DNA of 41,784 bases from Gemmatimonadota bacterium (lineage in GTDB: Bacteria; Latescibacterota; UBA2968; UBA8231): contig JAYPJE010000037.1 of assembly GCA_038128265.1 (NCBI GenBank), positions 1-41,784 of the forward strand, written 5' to 3'. Shown here one piece after another: positions 18,630 to 27,532 of this stretch (position 1 is the stretch's first letter; each line of letters opens with the position of its first letter). Position numbers and translations under genes: made by a program. The notes under the pieces are model-generated. The model did no database searches, was not told the DNA's origin, and saw only the letters and a program-made list of their open reading frames with translations.

Positions 18630-19241
18630 CTAGCGTTCCTCCGCCGCGTAGGCGCGGCGCAAGCGCATGACGCGCGGCACGTATTCTTGGGTCTCCAGCG
18701 GCATCCGCCCCTGCTGCACGGCACCGGGGCCAGCGTTATAGGCCCATAGGGCGACTTCGACCGATTTAAAACGATCCATCAGGCCGCGCAGGTAGCGCGT
18801 GCCCGAAGCGATATTTTCCTCTGGATCAAAGCGATTGACCACGCCCAACTCAGCCGCCGTCTCTGGCATCAGCTGCATTAGACCAGCAGCCCCTTTGGGC
18901 GACAGCGCCTCCGGATTGCCACCGGATTCGGCATCGACAATGGCCATGATCAGATGGGGATCCACCGAGTGCAGCGCTCCGTATGCTCTTATCAGCCCGG
19001 CGTAGGCGCGAACGCCCGTAACCGGCTTGCGCATCACCTTGGGGGTTGATGGCTTCTGCCGCGGTGCGGTATAGGCGCTGCGACCGATGATCTGGCGCTG
19101 CGCGTCGCCTCCGTAGCTGCGCGATAGAATGCCGCTATCCTTGGATTCAGCCCAGACCGATAGAGGCAAGAGGGCAAGGAGCACATGGGCGACAGCTAGC
19201 CCGCGGCGTATTTTTTTTCCGATACGACCCACGGCACTCAT
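18630..19241 (-). CDS. Exported lytic transglycosylase (SLT domain)
   Basis: Signal peptide plus SLT motifs AESGGNP, GAAGLMQLMP and AYNAGPG. Confidence 0.92.
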   Translation of the reverse strand: MSAVGRIGKKIRRGLAVAHVLLALLPLSVWAESKDSGILSRSYGGDAQRQIIGRSAYTAPRQKPSTPKVMRKPVTGVRAYAGLIRAYGALHSVDPHLIMAIVDAESGGNPEALSPKGAAGLMQLMPETAAELGVVNRFDPEENIASGTRYLRGLMDRFKSVEVALWAYNAGPGAVQQGRMPLETQEYVPRVMRLRRAYAAEER

Positions 19242-19588
19242 CCCGTAATATCCAGCAGAGATCCGCTGGTCACGCGCTCGGCGCGCAGGGCGCTTTGCCC
19301 GCGCAGGTTGTAGATACCGCCAGGGCGCGTCGGGGCGACCCTTTCCTCGGCCGCTGTAGGCTGGCCAACGTCGAAAAATGCGGCGCGCAGGGCGCGCGTC
19401 TCGTCGCTGCTCAGCACGCTCTGCATCTCGCTGGTCGAGGCCACAGAAGCGACTTCGCGCACCGGCGTCGGCTGCGCTCTCTCTTCTACGCCGCTGTCAG
19501 AAATCGTCAGATCAAAGGGCCGGCGCGCCGACTCCGTCCGCCGAACTCCTAGTTCCGCTCCTCTATGTGCTACCCTGTCTATATTCAT
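19238..19588 (-). CDS. Hypothetical flagellar-operon protein (116 aa)
   Basis: Fills the flgC-slt gap, has an RBS (GAGGG) and an ATGA overlap with slt, and ends in GSLLDITG. Confidence 0.75.
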   Translation of the reverse strand: MNIDRVAHRGAELGVRRTESARRPFDLTISDSGVEERAQPTPVREVASVASTSEMQSVLSSDETRALRAAFFDVGQPTAAEERVAPTRPGGIYNLRGQSALRAERVTSGSLLDITG

Positions 19589-19611
19589 TCCCGGTCCCTC
19601 GGTTTATCACC

Positions 19612-20103
19612 TTAAATTTCCAACGAGCGATTGGCCATATCCTTGGCCGCATTCATTACCGTAATATTTGCTTCGTATGCGCGCGATGCGGCGATCATAT
19701 CGACCATTTCCGTTATGGTGTTGATATCCGGATAGAGGACCATGCCGTCCTCGCGCGCATCAGGGTGGTTGGGGTCGTATACCATGCGCGGCTTAACCGG
19801 CTCCTCGCGCACCTCTTGACTCAGCACGCCCGATCCCAAAAACATTTCGCCGGGACGCGGCTCGCCCTCCGGACGGTGTTTCAGATCGGTGACCCGCAGG
19901 CGATTTTCCGCCTGGTCGAGCATCGTGGAAAACTTGCTCATCTTCGGCGCTTCGAGCATGACAACGCGGCGGCGCTTGTAGGGCCCGCCCTCGTCCGTGC
20001 GCGTTGTATCGACATTGGCCAGGTTGCTGGCGATAGCCGTTAGCTTGCGGCGCTGGGCGCTCAGTCCCGATGAGCTAATATCTAATGCATCAAATATTTG
20101 CAT
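19612..20103 (-). CDS. flgC: Flagellar rod protein FlgC
   Basis: ISSSGLSAQR, NLANVDTT, YDPNHPDA and EMVDMIAASRAYEAN. Confidence 0.97.
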   Translation of the reverse strand: MQIFDALDISSSGLSAQRRKLTAIASNLANVDTTRTDEGGPYKRRRVVMLEAPKMSKFSTMLDQAENRLRVTDLKHRPEGEPRPGEMFLGSGVLSQEVREEPVKPRMVYDPNHPDAREDGMVLYPDINTITEMVDMIAASRAYEANITVMNAAKDMANRSLEI

Positions 20104-20124
20104 GACTCTATTCCCCTACTATTC

Positions 20125-20538
20125 TCAGCCCGTGCGGCCCGAAATGCTCTTTTTTAACCCGTCGAACTGCCCGCGGATAAGGCGCTGCCCCGCGTTGAAA
20201 AACAGGTGGTTTTCCGCCAGATCGGCCATCTCGCGATCGATATCGACATTGTTGAGACCGGAGTCATTGAGACTCGATTCGGGTTCGTAGACAATGGGAT
20301 GGGCGATGGGTTTGGGAATGGGAATGTGACGATCGTTGCTGACCTGCCCCTCTACGGGCGGCTTGCGCACAAACGACTCGAGGTATTCCTGAAACTGCAC
20401 GTCCTGTTTGCGATATCCCTTTGTAGAGACATTGGCGATGTTGTTGGCGATGACGCGCTGGCGAAGCTGGGTAACATCGAGCACCGCATTGAGCACGGGC
20501 ACTTTCGTTTTGTTGAAGATGACTTTGTCTAAAAACAT
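20125..20538 (-). CDS. flgB: Flagellar rod protein FlgB
   Basis: RQRVIANNIANVSTKGY and NNVDIDREMADLAEN. Confidence 0.97.
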   Translation of the reverse strand: MFLDKVIFNKTKVPVLNAVLDVTQLRQRVIANNIANVSTKGYRKQDVQFQEYLESFVRKPPVEGQVSNDRHIPIPKPIAHPIVYEPESSLNDSGLNNVDIDREMADLAENHLFFNAGQRLIRGQFDGLKKSISGRTG

Positions 20539-20580
20539 GCGTTGGGCTCCCCATTCTATTTTGCAACCGCCCGCTCTTGA

Positions 20581-20595
20581 GCAATTAATATGCCA
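20581..20595 (-). promoter_or_regulatory. sigma54 (-24/-12) promoter of the flgB operon
   Basis: Minus strand TGGCATATTAATTGC, 42 nt upstream of flgB. Confidence 0.88.
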
Positions 20596-20697
20596 CTATA
20601 TGGCAAAAATAGGCTTAAATTATTTTTTTACAGGCACTTATGATTTTATGTATCCTTTATTTGAGGAGCCCCCACTCCGAATAAACGGCCTCTGCGC

Positions 20698-20734
20698 GGA
20701 AAGAAACGCACGGCCGCGGGGAAAGAATTACCGC
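20698..20734. promoter_or_regulatory. Candidate enhancer boxes for the flgB sigma54 promoter
   Basis: GGAAAGAA direct repeat at 20698 and 20720. The second copy, GGGAAAGAATTACC, resembles GGGAATATATTTCC upstream of fliO. Confidence 0.4.
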
Positions 20735-20736
20735 AC

Positions 20737-20771
20737 AAAAAAAGCCGAAGGGCAAACGCAAACCCTCCGGC
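20737..20771 (-). terminator. Rho-independent terminator of the glycan operon
   Basis: Minus strand GCCGGAGGG-N10-CCCTTCGGC followed by T7, 40 nt after the GT2 stop. Confidence 0.8.
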
Positions 20772-20811
20772 GCAAAAAACAACTAAAATCATTATTTTTA
20801 ATATATTTACG

Positions 20812-21756
20812 TCATATTCTATCGGCAATCCTAGGCGTCTTGCCGCCGCGCTGGTTCATACTGGCCATCATATCCCCCAGCAGGCCCGTCGAGAAAAACT
20901 GAATGCCCACGATGACCATCAGCACGCCCAGTAGCAGCAGCGGGTGGCGGTTTTGAATATTGCCAAACTCGAAGCGCAGGAGCGCGACATAGGCGCATAC
21001 CAGTGAACCAGCCAGCGTCGATAGGAGCCCAAGGGTGCCAAAGATATGCATCGGCGTGGTCATAAAGCGCACGACAAAGGTGATGGTCATCAGGTCCAGA
21101 AACCCATTCAACAAGCGCTTGGTGCCAAATTTAGAATAGCCAAAGCGGCGCGGATGGTGTTGGACGGGTATCTCCTCTACCCGATAGCCGGCCCAGTGCG
21201 CAATGGCCGGCAAAAAACGGTATAATTCACCGTACAGATAGGGCAGCGCATCTTCGCAGACTTCGCGGCGATAGGCCTTGAGTCCGCAGTTAAAATCGTG
21301 CAACCGGATACCGGCGACCATGGAAGTCACCTTGTTAAAGAGGCGCGAGGGCAGCGTTTTGCTGAGCGGATCATGGCGCTTTTTCTTCCAACCCGAAACG
21401 AGATCGCACCCCGCTTCCAGCTTTTCCAACAGGCGCGGAATTTCCTCTGGATCGTCCTGTAAATCGGCGTCCATGGTAATGACGACCTGTCCGCGCGCCT
21501 CGCTAAAGCCGGTAGCCAACGCAGCGGCCTTGCGATAGTTGCGTCGAAAGCGCACGGCGCGAATCTGTGCGTATTGTTCGCGCAACTGGCGCATGACTGC
21601 AAACGAGTCGTCGGTGCTCCCGTCGTCTACAAAAATCACTTCGTAGGTCGCGTCTAGCGCGTCCAGCACGGCGTGGAGCTTTTCGCAGAGCGGCGGCAGG
21701 CTTTCCTCCTCGTTAAATACGGGTATGACTACCGATAGAAAGACTTCTTGCGTCAT
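20812..21756 (-). CDS. GT2 polyprenol-phosphate glycosyltransferase (ArnC/GtrB/DPM-like)
   Basis: VVIPVFNEE, VDDGSTD, MDADLQDDP, DFNCGLKAYR and two C-terminal TM helices. Confidence 0.93.
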   Translation of the reverse strand: MTQEVFLSVVIPVFNEEESLPPLCEKLHAVLDALDATYEVIFVDDGSTDDSFAVMRQLREQYAQIRAVRFRRNYRKAAALATGFSEARGQVVITMDADLQDDPEEIPRLLEKLEAGCDLVSGWKKKRHDPLSKTLPSRLFNKVTSMVAGIRLHDFNCGLKAYRREVCEDALPYLYGELYRFLPAIAHWAGYRVEEIPVQHHPRRFGYSKFGTKRLLNGFLDLMTITFVVRFMTTPMHIFGTLGLLSTLAGSLVCAYVALLRFEFGNIQNRHPLLLLGVLMVIVGIQFFSTGLLGDMMASMNQRGGKTPRIADRI

Positions 21757-24089
21757 CGCTCCCCCTTTTGCACTCGGCGCGTGATATCCTGCACGACCTC
21801 GGTCAATTTTTCGTTGTTGGGATGGTGCCGTAATCCCTGCGCAGCATGCTGCAACGCCTCCTCAAACCGCTGTTGGCGCAGCAAAATACTTACCAGACGC
21901 ACGTGCCACGCAGCGTTGTCTGGAGCGCGCTCGGCCGCCTTGGCCATTGCATTGGCGGCCTCGGCCAACTGCCCCTTCTCATCGTAGAGCAGTGCCAAAT
22001 TGCCCCACCATTCGGCGCGCTGCGGATCGAGTTGGGTCGCGCGCTCGAGCAATTCTTCAGCCCGCTCCATGCGCTTCTGACGCAGGTAGATCGCGCCGAG
22101 ATTGCCCAGCACAACGCCATCGTCAGCGTGCACTTGGGCGGCGCGCTGGAGCACCTCAATCGCCTCGTCATACTGACCCGCATTGGCCAGCCCCAGCCCA
22201 AGTCCCACCAAATAGCCATCGTTCTCCGGCGCCATACCCAGCGCCTGACGCCACGCCTCCAGGCTGCGCTCATGCAGCTCGGCGACGCTGGCCCGGTCAC
22301 TCTCCAGACGCGCCTGCGCCTGCAGCGAACGCGCCAGCCACGCGTAGGCATCGGCGTGCAGCGGTTCGAGTCTGACGGCGTGCTGCAGCACCTCCACGCT
22401 CTCAGCGGCAAGACCGCGTAAATAGAGCGCTTCGCCCAGCAGGCGCAGCGCGCCGGCGTTGCTTGGATGCAGTTCTAAGCTGCGGCGCAGCGCCGTCTCT
22501 GCTTCCGACAGGCGACCAATGCGCAATGCCATAAGGCCGAGCATATGCTGATGACGAAACTCGCTCGCGCGCCATGACACGGCGCGACCAAATGCTAGGT
22601 AGGCACGGTTGGGCTGCCAGACGTCATAGTACTTTTTCTGTCCCCGAAAATAATAATAATCGCCCAAGAGCGTACCCACAGACCAGTAGAGCCCCCCCGC
22701 ACAGAGCAGCGCGGCTGCGACCACACACCCAACGCGCTGCCAGGCGACCAGCGCCCACGTGCGCTGCGGTGCGCCGCGCACGGCCTCAATTAGACCCACC
22801 GCCACCCAAAAGTGCAGGGCTGCCGTGGGATCGCGCAAATTGAGACTAAATAGGGAGTGTACGAGCGTGGCCAACAGCGCCGCCAGCAGCGACCATAGTA
22901 CGATCCGCTTTTCAGCATTGTCCTGACGGAGCGCCGCTCGCCATCCCGAAAAACACACTATGGCAATGGTTAACAGCCACGCTATCAGCGCACCAACCCC
23001 CGACTCAGCCCAGATTTCTAAGTATTCGTTGTGCGCATAGTACGGCCGGTGTGGCAGTAGGTTAATGTACTGTTGCCATTCCCGGTGGCGCTTTACCGTG
23101 CGGTAGTCGGGTACGGCAACGGCGTAATTGCCGACGCCGACGCCAGACCAGAAGTTATCCTCTATCAGGTCCACCGTATCCAGCCACACCAATCGGCGCT
23201 GATCAATGGATATATGCTTGGCATCGGCCAGCGTCTCTAGTCGCGTTACCACGCGCTCGGCGAGGTGACTCAGTCCTTCTCCACTGTGCATGGCACGCAG
23301 AGAAAACTCGCCAATCACAGCTAGCAAGATCAGGACCGCCAGCACGCCCTTCCACGGTACGCGTCCGACCACCTGACGCCTTGCTTGCCAGGCGAAAAAT
23401 ACCAGCCCGCAAGCTAGTGCAATCCACCCACCTCGACTCTCCGTCAAGAGCATGTAATAGCCGCAAAAGAGCGTGCACGACCACAGCGCGATGCGTTGCC
23501 AAACGACGCGACAGGCCAGTGCCGCGCCCAGCATCAGCACGATGGCGATCTCTAAGTAATGGGCTACGAAGTTTAGGTTGCCAAACGTGGATATGCCAAG
23601 ATTACCAAAACGGGTGTGCGGCATGGGGATCGCGTGTATGCCGGCAAATTGCAGCACGCCTAGCGCCGATGCGATAGTGGCGGTTGCTGCCACTCCAATT
23701 AGAACCGACCAAGGCACGCGCTGATAGAAGACCAGAGCGACGGAAAGCGCGATGATGCCCAAGCCAATCTGACGGCCTAGGTGCTCGATGCCCATATACA
23801 CGTTGGCTGCTTGCATCAGCGATAGGGCAGATAGAAACACAAAGGCCAACCAGGGCAGGAGCCAGCGTGCTCCCGGCAGTATGAGTGCTCCTTGCAGCGC
23901 ACAGCGCAGCAGCCAAAGGCCAGCAATTAGGGCACAGCTCACTAGCAGCAATACGCGCTTGGTCACCATGTAGTCGGAAAAAAATGGGGCATAGGATAGC
24001 GCGACGAGTGCGCAGGCAGCCACTACTACGACCCGGTTCACGCGGTCAACCCACTGCAGTTCCCCTTTTGCGTAGACCGACTTAAACAA
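21753..24089 (-). CDS. O-antigen ligase/Wzy_C-family membrane protein with C-terminal TPRs
   Basis: About 12 TM helices, TFGNLN, TESRGGW, GVGVGNY and AHNEYLEIWAESG, followed by TPR repeats. Confidence 0.88.
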   Translation of the reverse strand: MFKSVYAKGELQWVDRVNRVVVVAACALVALSYAPFFSDYMVTKRVLLLVSCALIAGLWLLRCALQGALILPGARWLLPWLAFVFLSALSLMQAANVYMGIEHLGRQIGLGIIALSVALVFYQRVPWSVLIGVAATATIASALGVLQFAGIHAIPMPHTRFGNLGISTFGNLNFVAHYLEIAIVLMLGAALACRVVWQRIALWSCTLFCGYYMLLTESRGGWIALACGLVFFAWQARRQVVGRVPWKGVLAVLILLAVIGEFSLRAMHSGEGLSHLAERVVTRLETLADAKHISIDQRRLVWLDTVDLIEDNFWSGVGVGNYAVAVPDYRTVKRHREWQQYINLLPHRPYYAHNEYLEIWAESGVGALIAWLLTIAIVCFSGWRAALRQDNAEKRIVLWSLLAALLATLVHSLFSLNLRDPTAALHFWVAVGLIEAVRGAPQRTWALVAWQRVGCVVAAALLCAGGLYWSVGTLLGDYYYFRGQKKYYDVWQPNRAYLAFGRAVSWRASEFRHQHMLGLMALRIGRLSEAETALRRSLELHPSNAGALRLLGEALYLRGLAAESVEVLQHAVRLEPLHADAYAWLARSLQAQARLESDRASVAELHERSLEAWRQALGMAPENDGYLVGLGLGLANAGQYDEAIEVLQRAAQVHADDGVVLGNLGAIYLRQKRMERAEELLERATQLDPQRAEWWGNLALLYDEKGQLAEAANAMAKAAERAPDNAAWHVRLVSILLRQQRFEEALQHAAQGLRHHPNNEKLTEVVQDITRRVQKGER

Positions 24090-26529
24090 CGTGCCCCCTT
24101 GCTTCTCGCGATCCGTGCGCCAGCCAAGTGACCATCAACCCCAGCGCAGCCGACACGGCGTTGAGCTGGATATCTTTCACCTCGAAGTAGCGCTGGGGCA
24201 GCACCCACTGAATGCACTCATCGCCTACTCCGACGAGCACGGCCGCCAACCACGCGACCAAATAGCTCCACGGCGGGTGTATATCGCAGCGTAGGGCGCG
24301 CAGCAGCACATAGCCCATAAAACCGTATTCCACCAAATGCAGCCGCTCGGCAGGAAAACGCGCGAACTCACCCAGGAGATGGGCATATAGGGCGGCGATC
24401 GCAACCAGCGCTAGATAGCGCCACCACTCTCGTCCCAAGCGGGCCGTCAGCCGAATCAGCAAGGCCACACCACCAACGACCACGACCACAATGCCCAGAT
24501 GGCGAATGGCTCCCTGCGTATACTCACGCAGGAGGGCCCACACATCGGGCAGCAGCGGAATGGTGCTGTAGACAAGGGCGATATAGGCTAGGGCCCCTGC
24601 CCACGCCCGCGCCCGCACAATACCCAGGCGTGCGTAAGCAGGCTGGGAAACGGCGATCAGCAGCACGGCGACCAAGGCACAGGCGCTCAAATCAGCGGCC
24701 GAAAAGGAGAGCACCCAGCCCCAGAGATCGGCCAGTCCTAGCACTAGACCAACAGACAAGTTTTTAAGGTCTGCAGAACCGGCCAGCAGCATGGGAACCA
24801 TCATGGCCGCATTCCAGCTGGGTTCCCCCTGCCCTGCCGATGGCGCCAGGTGAAACGTCACCCAGTCGCTTTTTTCCTCTGGTCGATCCGTTCTGTAGAC
24901 GCGGAATTTCCACGGATTGTAGAGCACCAGCGAATTCCAAAAACCCGCTTGGAACGGACCGTATACAGGGCGACTACTCCTTTCGGTAATCTCTCCGGAT
25001 AGGTGATATGCCCCCTCGCCCACGACGTATTCTATCGCGTACTGCGCGCGCTCAGCACCGCTCCAATGCAGGCGTATTTCGTGCTCAGCCCCCTGATAAT
25101 GCAGCGTATCGCCATTGGCGGGAAAAAAGATCTCCGGCGGCCCAACCGCGACTTCGACGGCGCTCGCAGCTCCATTGTCCTCTTCCTCGGCGCTGCGATA
25201 GGCGGCTTGATGAGCATATAAATTCCACTCGTGCAGCCTGTTGGCCAAGCTATCGCCCACCGCGTTCTCACGCGACCACAGATTGTTTACCTCATAGGGA
25301 TCGACGCGCACATTATACAGCTCATAGCGTTTGCCGGCGACGTCGTGTATCAGCTTCCACTCCGGCGTGCGCAGTGCGAGAAAGCGCCGCTGGTATTCCT
25401 CGGGATTGGCGGTATAGCCGGCATCGGAGCTCTCAAAGTAGAGCGTTCGCGGCTGCCATGCCGGATCTCCATCAATGAGCGGCAGCAGCGACTCCCCCTG
25501 TAGCGCCAGCGGAGCTTCGACATCGACCAGCTGCAGCAGCGTAGGCATAATATCAATGCACTGAACCTGCTCCTCGACAACCCGCCCAGCCGGCAGCCGG
25601 CCGGGCATCCACATAATTAGAGGTATCCGCGTCACCTCGTCGTAGAAATAGCCCTCTTTGAAAGTCGAAATATGGCCGACCAACTCCCTGTCCACCAGCG
25701 CTTCGCCGTGGTCCGCCGATACGACGACAATCGTATTCTCGCCGAGTCCCGTCTCGCGCAAGACGCGGCGCAGGCGCGCAAAAAATAGATCGTCGAGACG
25801 GCGGATTTCTGCATCGTACAGCGCCCGCACCCATGAACTGTCGCGCGCGGCAAAATCCATATCCCCGCGCGTAATCATGACGTTTCTTTTAACTAATTCC
25901 ATCTTCTCATACGCAATAAAGCGCTTGAGTGCGGCAATCGCATCGAGCGGTGCGGCAAACGCCTCGTCGAGGTATAGCTCATCATACCCTGGACCAGGAT
26001 CGTAGGGCAGGTGCAAGTCTCTGTAGTGATAGTAGAGGAAAAAGGGCGAGGTACTCCCTTGCGCTTCGTTTTCCAACCAGTTAAAGAAAATTTCATCGCC
26101 CTGAAACAGCAGCTCTTGTCGCCGGCCATAGGGCTCAAAGCCCAGGTGATCAAAATTGGGAATCTCCGTCAGAAAAAAGATATCGGGGGCCCGGTATCCA
26201 GCGGGTCGCAGCACGTCGGGCAGGGTTTCCACGCGCGGATCGAGACGCCGGCCGCGAATATCCACCGCATGCGTGGGCGCATAGAGCGAAGTGAGAATCG
26301 AAATCAGACCGGGCGTGGTCCATCCCGACGAGCTAAAGGCCTGACGAAAAAAAACGCCTTCACGCGCAAACGCATCGAGCGCCGGACTCGTATCGCGCGG
26401 ATTGCCGTAATAGCCAATGCGGTCAGCGCGAAAGGTATCAATCGTTATGAGGATGATATTGGGGCGCTCGGCGGCCTGCACATATACTGCACACAGGCAG
26501 ATGCACATACTGAGCATAGCCGCGCGCAT
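24082..26529 (-). CDS. Sulfatase-like (alkaline phosphatase superfamily) protein fused to a C-terminal VanZ-like membrane domain
   Basis: Signal peptide, PNIILITIDTFRAD, WTTPG, YDAEI, SADHGE and DIMPTL. C-terminal ERLHLVEYG, DECIQ and RYFEVKDIQLN. Start placed at ATG 26529, just after the upstream stop. Confidence 0.85.
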   Translation of the reverse strand: MRAAMLSMCICLCAVYVQAAERPNIILITIDTFRADRIGYYGNPRDTSPALDAFAREGVFFRQAFSSSGWTTPGLISILTSLYAPTHAVDIRGRRLDPRVETLPDVLRPAGYRAPDIFFLTEIPNFDHLGFEPYGRRQELLFQGDEIFFNWLENEAQGSTSPFFLYYHYRDLHLPYDPGPGYDELYLDEAFAAPLDAIAALKRFIAYEKMELVKRNVMITRGDMDFAARDSSWVRALYDAEIRRLDDLFFARLRRVLRETGLGENTIVVVSADHGEALVDRELVGHISTFKEGYFYDEVTRIPLIMWMPGRLPAGRVVEEQVQCIDIMPTLLQLVDVEAPLALQGESLLPLIDGDPAWQPRTLYFESSDAGYTANPEEYQRRFLALRTPEWKLIHDVAGKRYELYNVRVDPYEVNNLWSRENAVGDSLANRLHEWNLYAHQAAYRSAEEEDNGAASAVEVAVGPPEIFFPANGDTLHYQGAEHEIRLHWSGAERAQYAIEYVVGEGAYHLSGEITERSSRPVYGPFQAGFWNSLVLYNPWKFRVYRTDRPEEKSDWVTFHLAPSAGQGEPSWNAAMMVPMLLAGSADLKNLSVGLVLGLADLWGWVLSFSAADLSACALVAVLLIAVSQPAYARLGIVRARAWAGALAYIALVYSTIPLLPDVWALLREYTQGAIRHLGIVVVVVGGVALLIRLTARLGREWWRYLALVAIAALYAHLLGEFARFPAERLHLVEYGFMGYVLLRALRCDIHPPWSYLVAWLAAVLVGVGDECIQWVLPQRYFEVKDIQLNAVSAALGLMVTWLAHGSREARGHVV

Positions 26530-26530
26530 G

Positions 26531-27532
26531 CTATGCAAAACGGGGCCCCCTCTGTTCGATAACGAAGACCACACCCAGCAGGAAAGTCGCTGCAATGCCC
26601 CAACAGAGAAACGCCCATAGCATTTGCCCCGACACGGCACAGTGCGCACCCAAACCATTTAGGAGCGTCATACAACCGGCCCACAGACAGACGGCACCGT
26701 GACTCCAACCCATTCGGCACAGACGCTGATACAGGTGTTTATTGTGGGCATGCAGCGGATTTTCGCCATTGATAAGCCGCCGAAGCAGCGTGTACGAAGT
26801 GTCAAAGAGATAGTAGGCCAACAGAGCGAAAACGTGCAGAGGCGACATCCCCGCGCCCACGGCAAGAAAAGCTAGGGCGGCAACGGTAAAACCGCAAAAG
26901 AGCGAGCCTACATCTCCCATAAAAATGCGAGCGGGCGGTTTATTAAATAGGAGAAAGCCCGCCAGCGCCGCCGCAAAGAGGCATGCCTGAGCAGCGAGAT
27001 CTACGCTAAACGGCACCACATTGAACGCTAGCCAACCGGCGATGCACATCGATTGGGTGGTGCCCAATCCGTCGATTCCATCCATAAAATTAAAGGCGTT
27101 GCACAGACCAAAAAACCAGGCCATTCCAATGCCAAACCAAATCATCCCTCCGCTGTCAACGACCCATTCGCCGATCGGCAGCGGCTGGGCTGGAACACCG
27201 ACGAGAAAGCACGCTGCCGCCCCCACGAGGAGCACGGTTTTCTCCAACGCACTCAGCGGGCGCACGACGTCGTCAATAAGGGCCAACAGCAAAATCCCAA
27301 GCGCTGCCCACCACAGGGCAAAGAGCGGCAGGTCGATGACCAGATGACCGACGGCAAAACCCGCAACAATACCCAGACCACCCCCCGTTGGCATGGGCGT
27401 AGAATGGGCCCCGCGCGCGCTTGGCTCTACCAGGCGGCGACTGCGCCGTACAATCCACAGCACAACGGCCGTGCCCAGCGTGGCTACAAGCCAAGCGACT
27501 ATGCCACCCACAACAAGCTCAGTTCTCAGCAT
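26531..27532 (-). CDS. WecA/WbpL-like (MraY family) undecaprenyl-phosphate sugar-1-phosphate transferase
   Basis: PTGGG, LIDD, NAFNFMDGIDG, FNKPPARIFMGDVGS and HLYQRL. Start placed at ATG 27532 (GGAGG RBS). Confidence 0.92.
   Translation of the reverse strand: MLRTELVVGGIVAWLVATLGTAVVLWIVRRSRRLVEPSARGAHSTPMPTGGGLGIVAGFAVGHLVIDLPLFALWWAALGILLLALIDDVVRPLSALEKTVLLVGAAACFLVGVPAQPLPIGEWVVDSGGMIWFGIGMAWFFGLCNAFNFMDGIDGLGTTQSMCIAGWLAFNVVPFSVDLAAQACLFAAALAGFLLFNKPPARIFMGDVGSLFCGFTVAALAFLAVGAGMSPLHVFALLAYYLFDTSYTLLRRLINGENPLHAHNKHLYQRLCRMGWSHGAVCLWAGCMTLLNGLGAHCAVSGQMLWAFLCWGIAATFLLGVVFVIEQRGPRFA

Noticed and set aside
20748..20772. AGGGCAAAC..GCAAACCCTCCGGC, resembling c-di-GMP-I riboswitch conserved strings
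   Set aside because: It is on the wrong strand for flgB and lacks the P2 stem with its GNRA loop. It is better explained as the minus-strand terminator.
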